This document shows, piece after piece, positions 20,365 through 31,397 of a stretch of DNA of 64,000 nt. The notes beneath the pieces were generated by a model. The model saw nothing but the letters and a program-made list of their open reading frames with translations. It searched no databases and was not told the DNA's origin. How positions within the stretch are numbered: position 1 is the stretch's first letter; the number at the start of each line of letters is the position of its first letter. The stretch is taken from positions 1,550,001-1,614,000 of the forward strand of contig OX337228.1 of NCBI GenBank assembly GCA_946965045.2, given 5' to 3'. The translations under genes and the position numbers were made by a program. This DNA is from Epithemia pelagica (lineage: Eukaryota; Protista; Bacillariophyta).

Positions 20365-21615
20365 TCAGGAAGTGCTGTACTTCTGTCTAAGTCGTGATGA
20401 TGATTTCGAGGGATGTAGATTTTCCATGGTTTCAATACGCATCCAATGATCCAAGTTCCCCAGCACCATGTGCCAGGCAATGGTCAAGGCGAAACTAGGA
20501 AGTTGTTGTGGAGACTTGATGGATGGATCGAATAGGGACCGAACAGCATAGGGAGTCCCATGACGACTGTGGGATTTTCGCCACTCCCAACCAGCACTCT
20601 CATTCATTCCTGTAGTAACCGTTGAATCCTTGTTTTTACGACGACGCGCTTTTTTGGTACAAGGCGTTTCGTCTCGGCTGACAATCTCCAGTCCATCTCT
20701 TACATAGTTGCGATGAAAGAGCAAGGTGGGCATGTCTGAGGACAGACGAGTACTTTGCTGCGCAAGATCAAGATGGGATGTAGCTTGTTGCAATGTTTGA
20801 TCCAGGTTTGATCCAAAGGACTGTACAAGTGCGGATACCAGTTCAAGGTCAAATGATCTTGAAAGTTGCCTCCACACAATAGACAAGCATCGGGACTGTA
20901 GGAGGAACAAGGCCACAGCAATTGCAACATGGATCCTGGTGCAACGCGAACAAACTAGAGAGGCATAGAACAATCGTAGTAGGGTAGAAGAGTCACAATA
21001 GATTCCAATCAACAGTGAGATGACTCTCCTCGAAAGGAACATCGTGTCGTGGAACGCAATGCTTGTCCTGCCTACCTTGACTCCACCCTTGCCTTCGTAA
21101 ATGCAATCCTTGGCTAGATGATGACACCACTTGTGTAAAATTGCCGAAGGAAAGTTCCAAATGTACAAGCGACAGGCAACCGGACGGTCTTGGTGGAACT
21201 GCGAAGCAGAGGATGATGATACCACCTGTGGTTGTCGTGGGCGTCCTTGTCCCTTTGGGCTGGATCCCCCGCCTCGCATCCATGCTTGGATACCTTGAAA
21301 CCAGCCCGAGCCCGTTGTTGTTGCTGGTAATGATTGGCAATCGTCGCAACAGCCACAATTGGCACGGGGATCATGGTTGTGCTGGTTGTGACGCGCATGG
21401 GAATGGTTGCGGTGTCTGCGACGATGGAGAGGTTTGGGAGTCATGGAGTCCTCCTCTGATGATGACGAGAAGAGGGACCTCCCTGGCCAGCGACTCTTCT
21501 TATTACTAGTATCGACGACAAGAGAAGAAGGCAAAGAAGGGGCGGAGGAAGCCTCACAATATCCAATCGCCGCTATCCAAAAGCCCTCATACAAGAAGAG
21601 AACCATGACTGCCAT
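20365..21615 (-). CDS. Hypothetical protein with predicted signal peptide and a His/Cys-rich patch
   Basis: Long ORF; MAVMVLFLYEGFWIAAIGYCEA is signal-peptide-like. Start and possible internal intron uncertain. Confidence 0.55.
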   Translation of the reverse strand: MAVMVLFLYEGFWIAAIGYCEASSAPSLPSSLVVDTSNKKSRWPGRSLFSSSSEEDSMTPKPLHRRRHRNHSHARHNQHNHDPRANCGCCDDCQSLPATTTGSGWFQGIQAWMRGGGSSPKGQGRPRQPQVVSSSSASQFHQDRPVACRLYIWNFPSAILHKWCHHLAKDCIYEGKGGVKVGRTSIAFHDTMFLSRRVISLLIGIYCDSSTLLRLFYASLVCSRCTRIHVAIAVALFLLQSRCLSIVWRQLSRSFDLELVSALVQSFGSNLDQTLQQATSHLDLAQQSTRLSSDMPTLLFHRNYVRDGLEIVSRDETPCTKKARRRKNKDSTVTTGMNESAGWEWRKSHSRHGTPYAVRSLFDPSIKSPQQLPSFALTIAWHMVLGNLDHWMRIETMENLHPSKSSSRLRQKYSTS

Positions 21616-22034
21616 GGTCCGACCGAAGGATCGACCATGACAATCCCTTTTCGCCGCCGTTGTCGTTCTTCTTGTTGTTGTTGTTTCGATCATGGCACCT
21701 TATTGTTTCCAAAATATTAGAGTCTGATGGGTCCCTCTCACATCATTATTCCCCCGACCCATCACATTCGTACTGCGACAACTTCCGAAAACCCTAGTAA
21801 CTCTCCAGCTGCCGCACCCTGTTCCTCCGTCACCCGTCACATCAAAAATCCACCGACACACACATCCAAAAAAGATTCGTTCCCTCTCTTCGCAGAATTC
21901 TCAACTCCTTTGATGGTTGTCCCATTGTGGTCGCAGACGTATCATCTGCTGTTCCATCTCAATGGCCATTGACGTTGAAGGCTTCCGACTTGATCAATCC
22001 ACTACATTTCTGCAATAAATATACTTGCTTGATC

Positions 22035-23591
22035 ATGCTCTTGCGTATCGTTGGATTGCATTTCCCCTTTCCCAGTGGAGGAGGAGGATGGGGTCGTCGT
22101 TACGTCAAGTTTCAATTCCACATGTTGAAACAGTTGGTTCTCAATCCCTATTTACTTCCGTATCCACCCGTGGCCTTGTTTGATTTTTCCAATGCGGACG
22201 ATGCTGCCGATGCGAAACGAGTCCACATGGGTGATTACGATGGATGGCGCCTGTCGGACGATGGCGTAATTGGAGGCTACTCAAATTGCAAGGCCACTTT
22301 GGTTGTCCCAGAGAAAATCAACATGAGCAATGAAAACACAAACTCCACCAACATGTCCTCAACAACAACAGATGACAATAACGATAAAAGCAACTCTACC
22401 ATCGATTCAGAAACCACTTCACTCAGAATAAAACCCCAAGACTCAGGCGTTCAATCAGCTTCCGAAGGCCAATCTACATCAACAGAAGCAATCGACAACA
22501 AAACAAATGAAAGTTCCTCTGTTACGGTGACAAAGCCTCCTGTCCTGGAATCCAACGACAAGAACCATACTTTAGTCTCCATGAAGGACAATAGTTTTGG
22601 CATTCCCTATTTGCATTGGGCAGGCGAGATTGATACCACCGTCGGTTTGGAAGGTTCGCATGGTCGATCGGGCTTTGCCACCTTGAGGTCTCCGAAATTC
22701 CCCTTTGGTGGTGCGGCATTGAAAACAGAATACGAAGCCTTGGAAATTACCTGCCGCATTCTAGACAATCGTGTCTATACCGTCAACATTGAAGTGAATA
22801 GTTTTATTCCCAATGACATGTTTCGGGGATACATTGTCGGATCATCGTCCTCATCCAATGAAAGAATGGAATCGTCGGCGCCCATTTTACTCTCCTCCAG
22901 CTCTTCGTCATCGTCGACGACGAGGACGCCACAATTATCTGAATCATCCAAGAAACAATCATCATCATCATCCTTGGACGACTTGTCCACCAAGAGACCA
23001 GCGACTGATCCAACGGAGGACGACGACACGGAGCACTACCAACATGAAAATCCTTTCTCATCAAAATCTTCGTCGTCATCTCCCTTTTCCATATCTTCCA
23101 TGTACAAGGATATGGATACACCCCTGAGTCATTCCGTGGCAGATGAAAAGCTACAAAAAGAGCAGCATTATCCCTGGGACCGTCGTCCTTCTGATACTCG
23201 GAGAGTCGCCAATTCCTCCACAACACAACAACAAGATTCATCATCACCATCCCAAGAGTTGAACTTGGACGATCCTGACGTGTGGACGGCGACGTCCCGA
23301 CGAGCCGGCTTTGATGTCTTGTATTTGCCCTTTAGTGAATTTTTGTCCGGTGCTCGAGATTTGGGAGGACCGGGTCGCGCGATTACCATTGAATCCATTG
23401 GCTTTACCCTCATGGACGGTCAAAATGGACCCTTCTCCATGGATATTGCCCGTGTACGAGCCGTCAACTTTTATCAAGGACAAGTCTGGGAAGGACGCAC
23501 CCATGTACAGCCAAAAGAAGAAGAAGACGACGACGACGAAGAGGAGGAGGAATCCAATGCACCTAGAAGAACCAGGCGAAGCAAAGTATAA
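22035..23591 (+). CDS. Complex I assembly factor CIA30/NDUFAF1 family with long low-complexity insertions
   Basis: LFDF...W(RL)SDDGVIGGYS...W.G.IDT...SGFATLRS...YEALEITCR...RVYTVNI...LPFSEF...IESIGFTLMDGQNGPFSMDI. Start codon uncertain. Confidence 0.85.
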   Translation: MLLRIVGLHFPFPSGGGGWGRRYVKFQFHMLKQLVLNPYLLPYPPVALFDFSNADDAADAKRVHMGDYDGWRLSDDGVIGGYSNCKATLVVPEKINMSNENTNSTNMSSTTTDDNNDKSNSTIDSETTSLRIKPQDSGVQSASEGQSTSTEAIDNKTNESSSVTVTKPPVLESNDKNHTLVSMKDNSFGIPYLHWAGEIDTTVGLEGSHGRSGFATLRSPKFPFGGAALKTEYEALEITCRILDNRVYTVNIEVNSFIPNDMFRGYIVGSSSSSNERMESSAPILLSSSSSSSSTTRTPQLSESSKKQSSSSSLDDLSTKRPATDPTEDDDTEHYQHENPFSSKSSSSSPFSISSMYKDMDTPLSHSVADEKLQKEQHYPWDRRPSDTRRVANSSTTQQQDSSSPSQELNLDDPDVWTATSRRAGFDVLYLPFSEFLSGARDLGGPGRAITIESIGFTLMDGQNGPFSMDIARVRAVNFYQGQVWEGRTHVQPKEEEDDDDEEEEESNAPRRTRRSKV

Positions 23592-23841
23592 CTGCCAACT
23601 TGGCAAAACATTAGAACACTCCTATCATAATTGTGACAACTAACTGGCTACGATTCGCTCTCTTTCCTAGATCATGCTGTAGTATTCCACTTTTCAAGGA
23701 GTTCACCCGACGCGACACACGCCCCGTACCCCAGTCTCCATGTATCGTGGACCATGGGGAAGCTGTCGTCATTTCCAGGAGCGAGAGGGGACCAAACGGT
23801 GTTGAACCAAAAGTTACTGCGAAATTCCCAAGCTTGGCTCC

Positions 23842-26800
23842 TCATGACTTGGCGGCGGCTGCGGCGGCAGTGTTTTTCAAGGGAAGGGGAGGCAATTCCA
23901 CAATGGTCCCACCGGATGTAGTTTGGTTCGCCGCCGCCGACGACGCAGAGACGACGGAGCGTTTGGATTCCGCTGGAGAGGCCATATCGGGTGCAGCTTC
24001 ATCGGGGGATAGTAATTTGACATTCAATACAGCAGGCAATTCATGCGTCCGCGAAACGGCGGATGGTCGAATGGAATTGGTGGGGGAACTCACCCTAGTT
24101 TTGTTATTGTCGTTGTCGTCATGGTTGTCCGGATCATTGTCAAAATGGGGCGACAATTCCGACACATCAAACCCTTGCCAGGTGGGATACACAAAGGGAT
24201 TGGGTGCAGGATCTGGATAGAGTAATACGTCGTTGCTGGGGTTTGACTTTGGATCGTCGTCGTTGGACTGCTCCGCTTTTCGACTGGTTTGGGCAATCGT
24301 TTGCAGCAATCGTTTTCGTAACTGTATACTAGTGGCAGAAGAAGATGTGTCCTTTGTTTCTGGCTGGAGGGAAATCTGAACAAGGGTGTAGACGACGGCA
24401 AGATAAAGGAAACAAGCAAGAATACCACAGTTAGAAACTGTTTTCGATTACCAAACCAAAAGATTCTTTGAAAACGTACCAAAAAGGAATCGATCGATTG
24501 TAGAGGACCCTTCAATCCAGGGGGGTTGTCTTCTGCAGGTGCTGCGGCTGAGGGTGTTGCCGCGTACGGACCAAAGAGTTTTTCAAATGACATTTTCGTA
24601 AGTTTTAGTACAAGCGTACTTTCAATGTGAACGACGGGCGGTGGGACGGGTGCTGTTGCTTCGCTGGCCTGAGTGGCCGAAGCCGAATCAAAGTCTCCAA
24701 AGTTGCTATCGTCATTGTCGTTGTTGGAGGCAGGTTGTTCGGGAGCGGAATCAAAGTCACCAAAATCATCATCATCATCTTCCTTGTCTTGAGCAACTTC
24801 TACGGCATCCTTGTTCGATGTTGTATGAGCGGGTTCTTTGGGTGGTTCCGGCGCCGAATCAAAGTCTCCAAAGTCGTCATCATCATCGTCGTCGTCCACG
24901 CCCTGTTTGGATTGATCCACCACAGCTGACGAAGTCTCACTGTTGTTGATGGGAGCAGAATCAAAGTCACCAAAGTCGTCATCATCTTGGTCATTGACGG
25001 ATGGGGCGGTTGTCGCACTCGTTGGTTCTGTGCCATTTGGTGGAGCCGCATCTTCAAAATCTCCAAAGGCGTCCGAAACTTGCTTCGTTTCCTCAATTGG
25101 TCCGTTTGGTATCTCATTGCCGTTTGCCTCCATTCTGGTTGCCTTCTTCGTTTCGGGAGCCGCCGCCGAGTCAAAGTCCTGCGCAGCGTCCTCCTCCATG
25201 GTTGTCGGGTTCGTCATCGTCTCCTGCACCTCAGCGGCAGAGGATCCACCATCCGCAAAGGCTCCAAACTCGTCCTCATGGTCGTCGTCGTCGGTCGCTT
25301 CGTTTGGTCGCGCGACGTTGGAACCGTTGGATGACAGGGTCGGCGCGCCCGCGGCGGACGACGTTCCGTTCACCATAGTTTCGTTTTGTTGTTCCTCTTT
25401 CAAGGGTGCCGCAGATCCAAACGCTCCAAAGTCATCCTCCTCGTCCTCGTCCTCGTTTGTCGTAGTAACGCCCTTACTAGGATCCAATGGCTGGCTTACG
25501 GGGAGAGTTCCAGTGCCATCCTTTTCCGGGGAAGGAATGAAAATCCCCGAATTATCCGTGGTCGTGGTCATTGGAAGAGCCGAATCAAAGGCACCAAATC
25601 CATCGTCGTTCTCATCTTGGACAGCCTTGGGATCTAATGTCAGTCCCTCCTCTTTCGTCGTGGTGGTAGAACCAGGAGCCGCCGAACCAAACTCTCCAAA
25701 ATCAAGTTCGGTCGATACTGGATCGCCAGGGGGATACGATTCCGTATTGGAGGTACCAAGAGCCGGATCCACAACACCACCGCCTGTAGTAGTATCAATG
25801 GGCTGCGGATTGGCCGGAGCCGATCCAAAGTCACCAAAATCGTCGTCCTCGTCATCCACGGCAGTAGTGACTGGGCCCTCCTCTCCATCCGGAGGAGTGG
25901 ATGCAAACCCTCCAAAGTCATTGGTTGCTGCAGTAGTGGGAACCGGCTCGGAATCGGTGACAGGTGCCGAACCAAAATCACCAAAGTCGTCGTCGTCGTC
26001 CTTGGAGGGACTCAATTCGACCGCACCCGAAATTCCAAAATCCAAATCATCACTGGCCGTTTCCGGCTCGTCATGGGCCATGGGTGGTGGTTGTGCGGCC
26101 GAGTCAAAGGCCCCAAAATCATCATCATCATCATCGTCGTCGTCCGTCTTGGTCTCTGGTGGCGCAAGATGTGTCGCGTCGACGGGTTCCGCCATTGTAT
26201 CCATGTCGCCATGTTCCATGGCACTCGGCTGCGTTTGCGGAGTCTGTTCCTCGGCTGCTGGCAGCGCCACCGAATCAAACTCTCCAAAGCCGTCATGATT
26301 GCTGTCCTTGACTGCTTGTGCATCGGGCTTTGGTTCCTCGGTAGCAGTCGTGCTTGTTAGTGCAGCGGAATCAAAGTCCCCAAAGTCATTGTCATCGACA
26401 CTGGCACTGTCTTGAGTTTGTGCTGGTGGCTGTTCAGGACTGGTTGCGGGAACCCCTCCAAATGTATCGAGGCCCGTTGTTGGTGCTGGCAGAACAGAGT
26501 CAAAGGTTCCAAAGTCATTCATGTCCATCGTACTGGGTTTCGTCTCCACTACCGGTTCCTGGTTGGCCGTGGGTTGCACCGCCGAATCAAAGGCTCCAAA
26601 GTCCTCCTCCGAACCATTGGCTTCCGCAACCTCCTTGTTGGCTGCGGTGGCTAACGTCGAACCAAAGGCTCCAAAGTCATCGTCGTCGTTGGAACCAGTA
26701 TTTTTTGGTTCTGCCATGGACAACGGTTCCTCGTTGGTGCTGGCAGGTTGCACAGCGGAATCAAACGCTCCAAACTGGTCGTCGTCATCATTCGACACTG

Positions 26801-28433
26801 TGGATTGGGGTTCTGGTACGACGACTGGATTGCTCAAAGCAGCGCTGGTTGTTGGTTGTGCCGCCGCGGAATCAAACTCTCCAAAGCCGTCATCATCGTC
26901 ATCATCCGACACTGTACTGCTGGGTTGTGGCGCTGCCTCTTGTGCGATGACGGTGGATGCTGGGACGGCCGAATCAAACTCTCCAAAGTCGTCGTCGTCG
27001 TCAGTTGCATTGCTCGGGACGGGTGGGCTGTCATTGGCTTCCACAGTAGTGTTAGCAGTCAGCCCACCAAGGGATGGCAAGGGAAGTTCACGAGGTGTAT
27101 CATCCAAATGGGCAAAGGGGTCATCATAATCATGGTTGTTGGGTGCCGAAAATCCACCACCAACTTGTTCTTGTGCTACTTTTTCGAATTCCATGGGAGG
27201 TGTTGTAGCGTTCATGTCCACATTGTTGTTCTCCAGGGCATGGTCCTGCTCGACCTGGGTGCCGTTTTGCGTCGTAGTGGTAGCAGGTTCGGGAGAGGTG
27301 GAGCCGGCAAAATCGCCAAACTCATCATCATCGTCCTGATCATGATTGATGATTTCCTGTTGCGGATTGTTCGTTGTGTCTGAGATTGTGTGGTTTTGCA
27401 GTGTCGGTGCTATATTCTTGTCCTCGTGCTGTTGCGGCGGATCGGGTTCCCCGTCTGGACTCGTCGCAACAGGAGTGGTCTTCGCCTCTGTGCCAGTGGC
27501 TGGTATCCAATCCCCATGGGTGGTAGGCATGGTCGCCAAGTGTGGTGGTGCCGATTCGGCCCCATCGTGATCGGCGTGGACAAAGTCACCAAAGTCATCC
27601 GTGTCGTCTTGGTCATCTTGATTTGTTGTGGGCAACTGCGGGGGTGCGGTTTCGGCTCCGTCCTCGTGATTGGCATGACAAAAGTCCCCAAAATCATCAT
27701 CGTCATCGTCGTCGTCATTCGCATCATTCGGAATGTTGTTGTTGTTGTTGTTGTTTTCGATTGGAGAATCCTTCTCCTGGCTGTCCTGCATGAGGGTCAT
27801 GGGAACCACTGGTGTCCAATCGGTTTGTGCCGGTTCCAATCCAGCAAAGGCATCGTCATCGTCGTCACCCTTGTCATCCTCTTGGTGGTCGTCGTCGACC
27901 GACAAGGTACTGAGGACCGATGGACGCGATTCGAATGGACGACCACCACCACCATGGGGTGGTGGTTGTTGTTGTTGTTGCTGTTGAGCCGTGGCCAGTT
28001 CGACGGAAGAGGTGGATACCGTCATCAAACTGGGATCCAAGGTGACGGCACTGACCATACTCAATTGCCGGGTGGCCGACGACGAGTGACTAATTTGTGT
28101 GGGTGGATGATTGTTTGTCGGAATCTCCACGACTACAGGAGCACCACCATTGTGGGTATTGTTGTGGTTGGTGTTGTAATGTTCTTGCTGTGAGACAATG
28201 GCCACATCGGTCCCCATGGCTGTAGGGGTGGCCATGGTTGTGGTTTGTTGTTGTTGTTGTTGTTCCGGTGTAAGTGGCTGCTGCTGCAGCTGGATTTGTG
28301 GCTGAGGCGGTAATTGCAACTGTGCTTGCTGCTGCAGTTGCATTTGTGAATGTGGTTGCTGGGGCCACTGTTGTGGATACAATGATGGTTGTGGTGGCTG
28401 CTGTTGCGTCTGCTGCAATGGTTGCGAAAAAGG

Positions 28434-28473
<40 letters not shown>

Positions 28474-29240
28474 GGCGGTGGGAAATTTTGCTGTTGTTGT
28501 TGTTGAAAGTTTTGCTGCTGCTGTTGTGGATAAAAGGGTTGTTGCTGTTGTTGTTGTGGATAAAACGCTTGCTGCTGCTGCTGTGGATAAAACGCTTGTT
28601 GTTGTTGTTGTGGATAGAAGGACTGCGCCTGTTGTTGTTGTTGTTGTTGTTGTTGTGGATAAAACGACTGTTGTTGTTGTTGTTGTGGACTATAAAATGG
28701 TCGCTGCTGTTGTGGATACCCTTGTTGTAGTTGTTGCTGTTGCTGAAAGGGCTGCTGCTCTTGTGTAGGTGGAGCACTTGGTGCGGGTGAGGCATCTTCA
28801 AAGTCTCCAAAGTCGTCGTCATCGTCGTCATCTTGGTTCGTTGGTTGTGTGGGTCCTTGTGGAAGAGCTTGCGAGGGTGCCAAACTGCTGACCGCACTGG
28901 CAAAGTCCCCAAAGGTATCGTCGTCGTTGTTTCCATTCTTGTTTTGGGACAATGGAGGTGCAGTCATCATCGTCGGTGGAGGTTGGTCATTGCTCAATCC
29001 AGCAAAGGGATCGGCGTAGGCTGCTGCCGTGTTGGTACCAAACCCATTCATGGTGTTGTCGTCGTCTTCTAGGTAGATGGTTGCAAAGTGTCTTGGTCTG
29101 TGGAATGGCCTTTCCTCTCTTGCATCAATGGCGGTGTGATCTGGTGCGCGGTATGGTCTTTGGGGGTCTCGTGTCCCGTTTTTAGAGTGAAGTTGAAAGG
29201 GGGCGAACTGAATCTTCTCCTCAAACGTTAAGCGATCCAT
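23842..29240 (-). CDS. Very large acidic disordered protein with about 26 FGxF motifs (aftiphilin/gamma-synergin-like AP-1 accessory candidate) and a polyQ tract
   Basis: ORF 24090..29345 plus a terminal exon; intron 24376-24479 (GTACGT...TTCAG) is in frame with ORF 23842..24309. Repeated DDDFG(D/E/A)FDSA. Start uncertain (ATG 29240 or 29051). Confidence 0.8.
28250..28750 (-). repeat. CAA/CAG microsatellite tracts with repeated Qn-(A/S/P)FYP units (coding)
   Basis: Plus strand (gtt)n and repeated tgtggataaaacgcttg units; encodes QQQQAFYPQQQQ repeats. Confidence 0.9.
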
Positions 29241-29420
29241 AAGCGACCAAGGGAAAAAGGGATCTTTGGTGCCAGAATCATTTTTTTTCGACGAATTCTT
29301 TTTTCGCTCGGTTCGACACATTGCAACTTGCAACAGCAAAAGCAAACAAGAGAATCAGAATCTTTCCTCCTCGATTGTGTGTATATCCGTCTCCCTCTCA
29401 CCATCACCACCATTGGAACA

Positions 29421-31274
29421 ATGACCAGAAGGAGCAACGACAAGATTGGTCCTGAAACAAGGGTCACCACCACCTTGTTCGTGGTGCTTCTCGGATGCTG
29501 GATGCTGCTGTCGCAAACCACCACCACCGCTACTACAAGAAGGATGGTCGTCCACGCTGGATCGGTAGGTGGATTCCAACCAGGATACCAATCGGTGTGG
29601 AGAACGAACCGTCACTCCTCCTCTTGTCGCAGTGTGTTTGGGGGGCATCGTCGCAATGGTCCCCACAGTTGCACCACCGTGCGTTGGTCCTCCTCCTCCC
29701 CCTCAGACGACGACAACCAGGACGACGACGAAACCGCCGCGGTAGATTTAGCCGCCTTGTGGAAGAGTCCACGTCCGCAGCAACTGCCTCCACGACAACA
29801 AGACTTGGCGGATGATATTCCCGAGTACAACGAGGATGATAAAGAATCTCCCTCCTCGGCCGTGACACCCACGACGGGTATTTCCTTGAGTGACGAATTG
29901 GATTCGGTCCAACAACAAGCGGCACCCGAATCCCCATTGGGCATGGTGACGCAACTCTTGAAGCCATGGTCTCCATCTCCCAACAACGAGTCCAACAAGT
30001 CGGTGCCACTGTCTTGTTATGCACCCTTGGAAACACATCCTCGCGATGCCACCGTCGTCGCCTGGGAACCCTTGCGATACCTCGTGGCCTTGCAACCTTC
30101 GACACCCACCACGTTTGCGCTCGTGGACATTCCACCCTATTCCGAATCCTTGGTGCGGGAACTGAAACAGTACATGAAAACGTACAATACTCCACTACCA
30201 AGCACGACAACTACTACTGCACCGACCGACTCGATGCCACACCCAACCAACAAGGATGACAATGACGACGTCGACAACTCGGACAATGACACGATGGCTT
30301 CCTGGTTGGTGGCCATTTTGATTACCAGCAATCGTCACATTCACATGGACGAAGAACCCACACAAGTGTATTCTTAAAGTCAAACCCAACTCAAAACCTT
30401 GTTGCAAGACTGGCAACGAGCCTTTCCACGAGCCAAAATTGTGTGTAGTCGATTGGATACACCCCGAACCAGTCGTGCCTTGGTACACACGTGTTTGGAT
30501 GGACAAGGGCCCTTTGGATGGCGGCAACTTACCAGTAGTGCAACGAACAACCACAACAACAACACGAGGACTGATTCGTTGTCAACCTCTGTTTTGGCAT
30601 TGAGTGAGATGGAGGAATTGGGCAAACCCTTGACCGTCCAAACATGGAACTCAACTTGGACCGAACGATTGCAAAGCGGAACCTTGACGGCACACGACTT
30701 GGATGAGTCACTCTCCAACACTGTTACCACCAAGAAGCAGGACGATTCGGACTATACGCCAGAGGCGATTGCAAAGCGGGCATCCCAGTGTACCATTGTG
30801 GCGGTCGTGACACCTGGTCATTCCTTTGGGAGTGTCTCGTATATCTTCCCTCAAGTTGGCTTGTGTGCGTCTGGATCCACCTTGCCATTGGAAGATGACC
30901 GATTGGTGGAGGACTTCACCCGGGAGGAACATGGCGACCCAAATGGTGTTTTTCCCACTGGAGGAGGAGCAGCGTCCGGTCCCGCCTGGGATGGTCGTGG
31001 ATACTTGACCACCTCTCAAGCCGGCATGGTACGACAAATGCAATCGGCTCGACAATTGGTGCAACACTATGGATCCCTCTTTCATACCATTTTGCCAGCC
31101 CGAGCCAGTCCGTGGATCTCCGAAACCGAATCATCCTCACAAAACGAAGGAGACGAAAAAGAAAAAGACTCACAACGACATGCCATGTTGTTGGTTCTGA
31201 TTGATCAATACGAACAAATTGGAACAGTTTATGAACAATTGGGCATTACCTCGTCCTCCCCGGACTACTACTAA
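29421..31274 (+). CDS. Degenerate metallo-beta-lactamase-fold protein with N-terminal targeting peptide, interrupted by an in-frame TAA at 30375-30377
   Basis: YLV...ALVDIPPYS...AILITSNRHIH...WQRAFP...IVCSRLD...VVTPGHSFGSVSYIFP...LHTILPAR. ORFs 29328..30377 and 30399..31274 share a frame; no usable intron surrounds the stop. Confidence 0.6.
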
Positions 31275-31397
31275 AGGAAGGAAGAGACTCCACCGAGTCG
31301 CGCAAGGGTAATGTGTTGGCAAAACAAGCCAAACAAACGCTGGAATGGTTGGTGCTGAGACTTGTCCCGAATGGCTACTGCCTTTTGGCTTTTGTAG

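Noticed and set aside
24943-28768. Long plus-strand ORFs (24943..26298, 27390..28193, 28274..28768 and others)
   Set aside because: Antisense products of the repetitive Asp/Gln-rich minus-strand gene.
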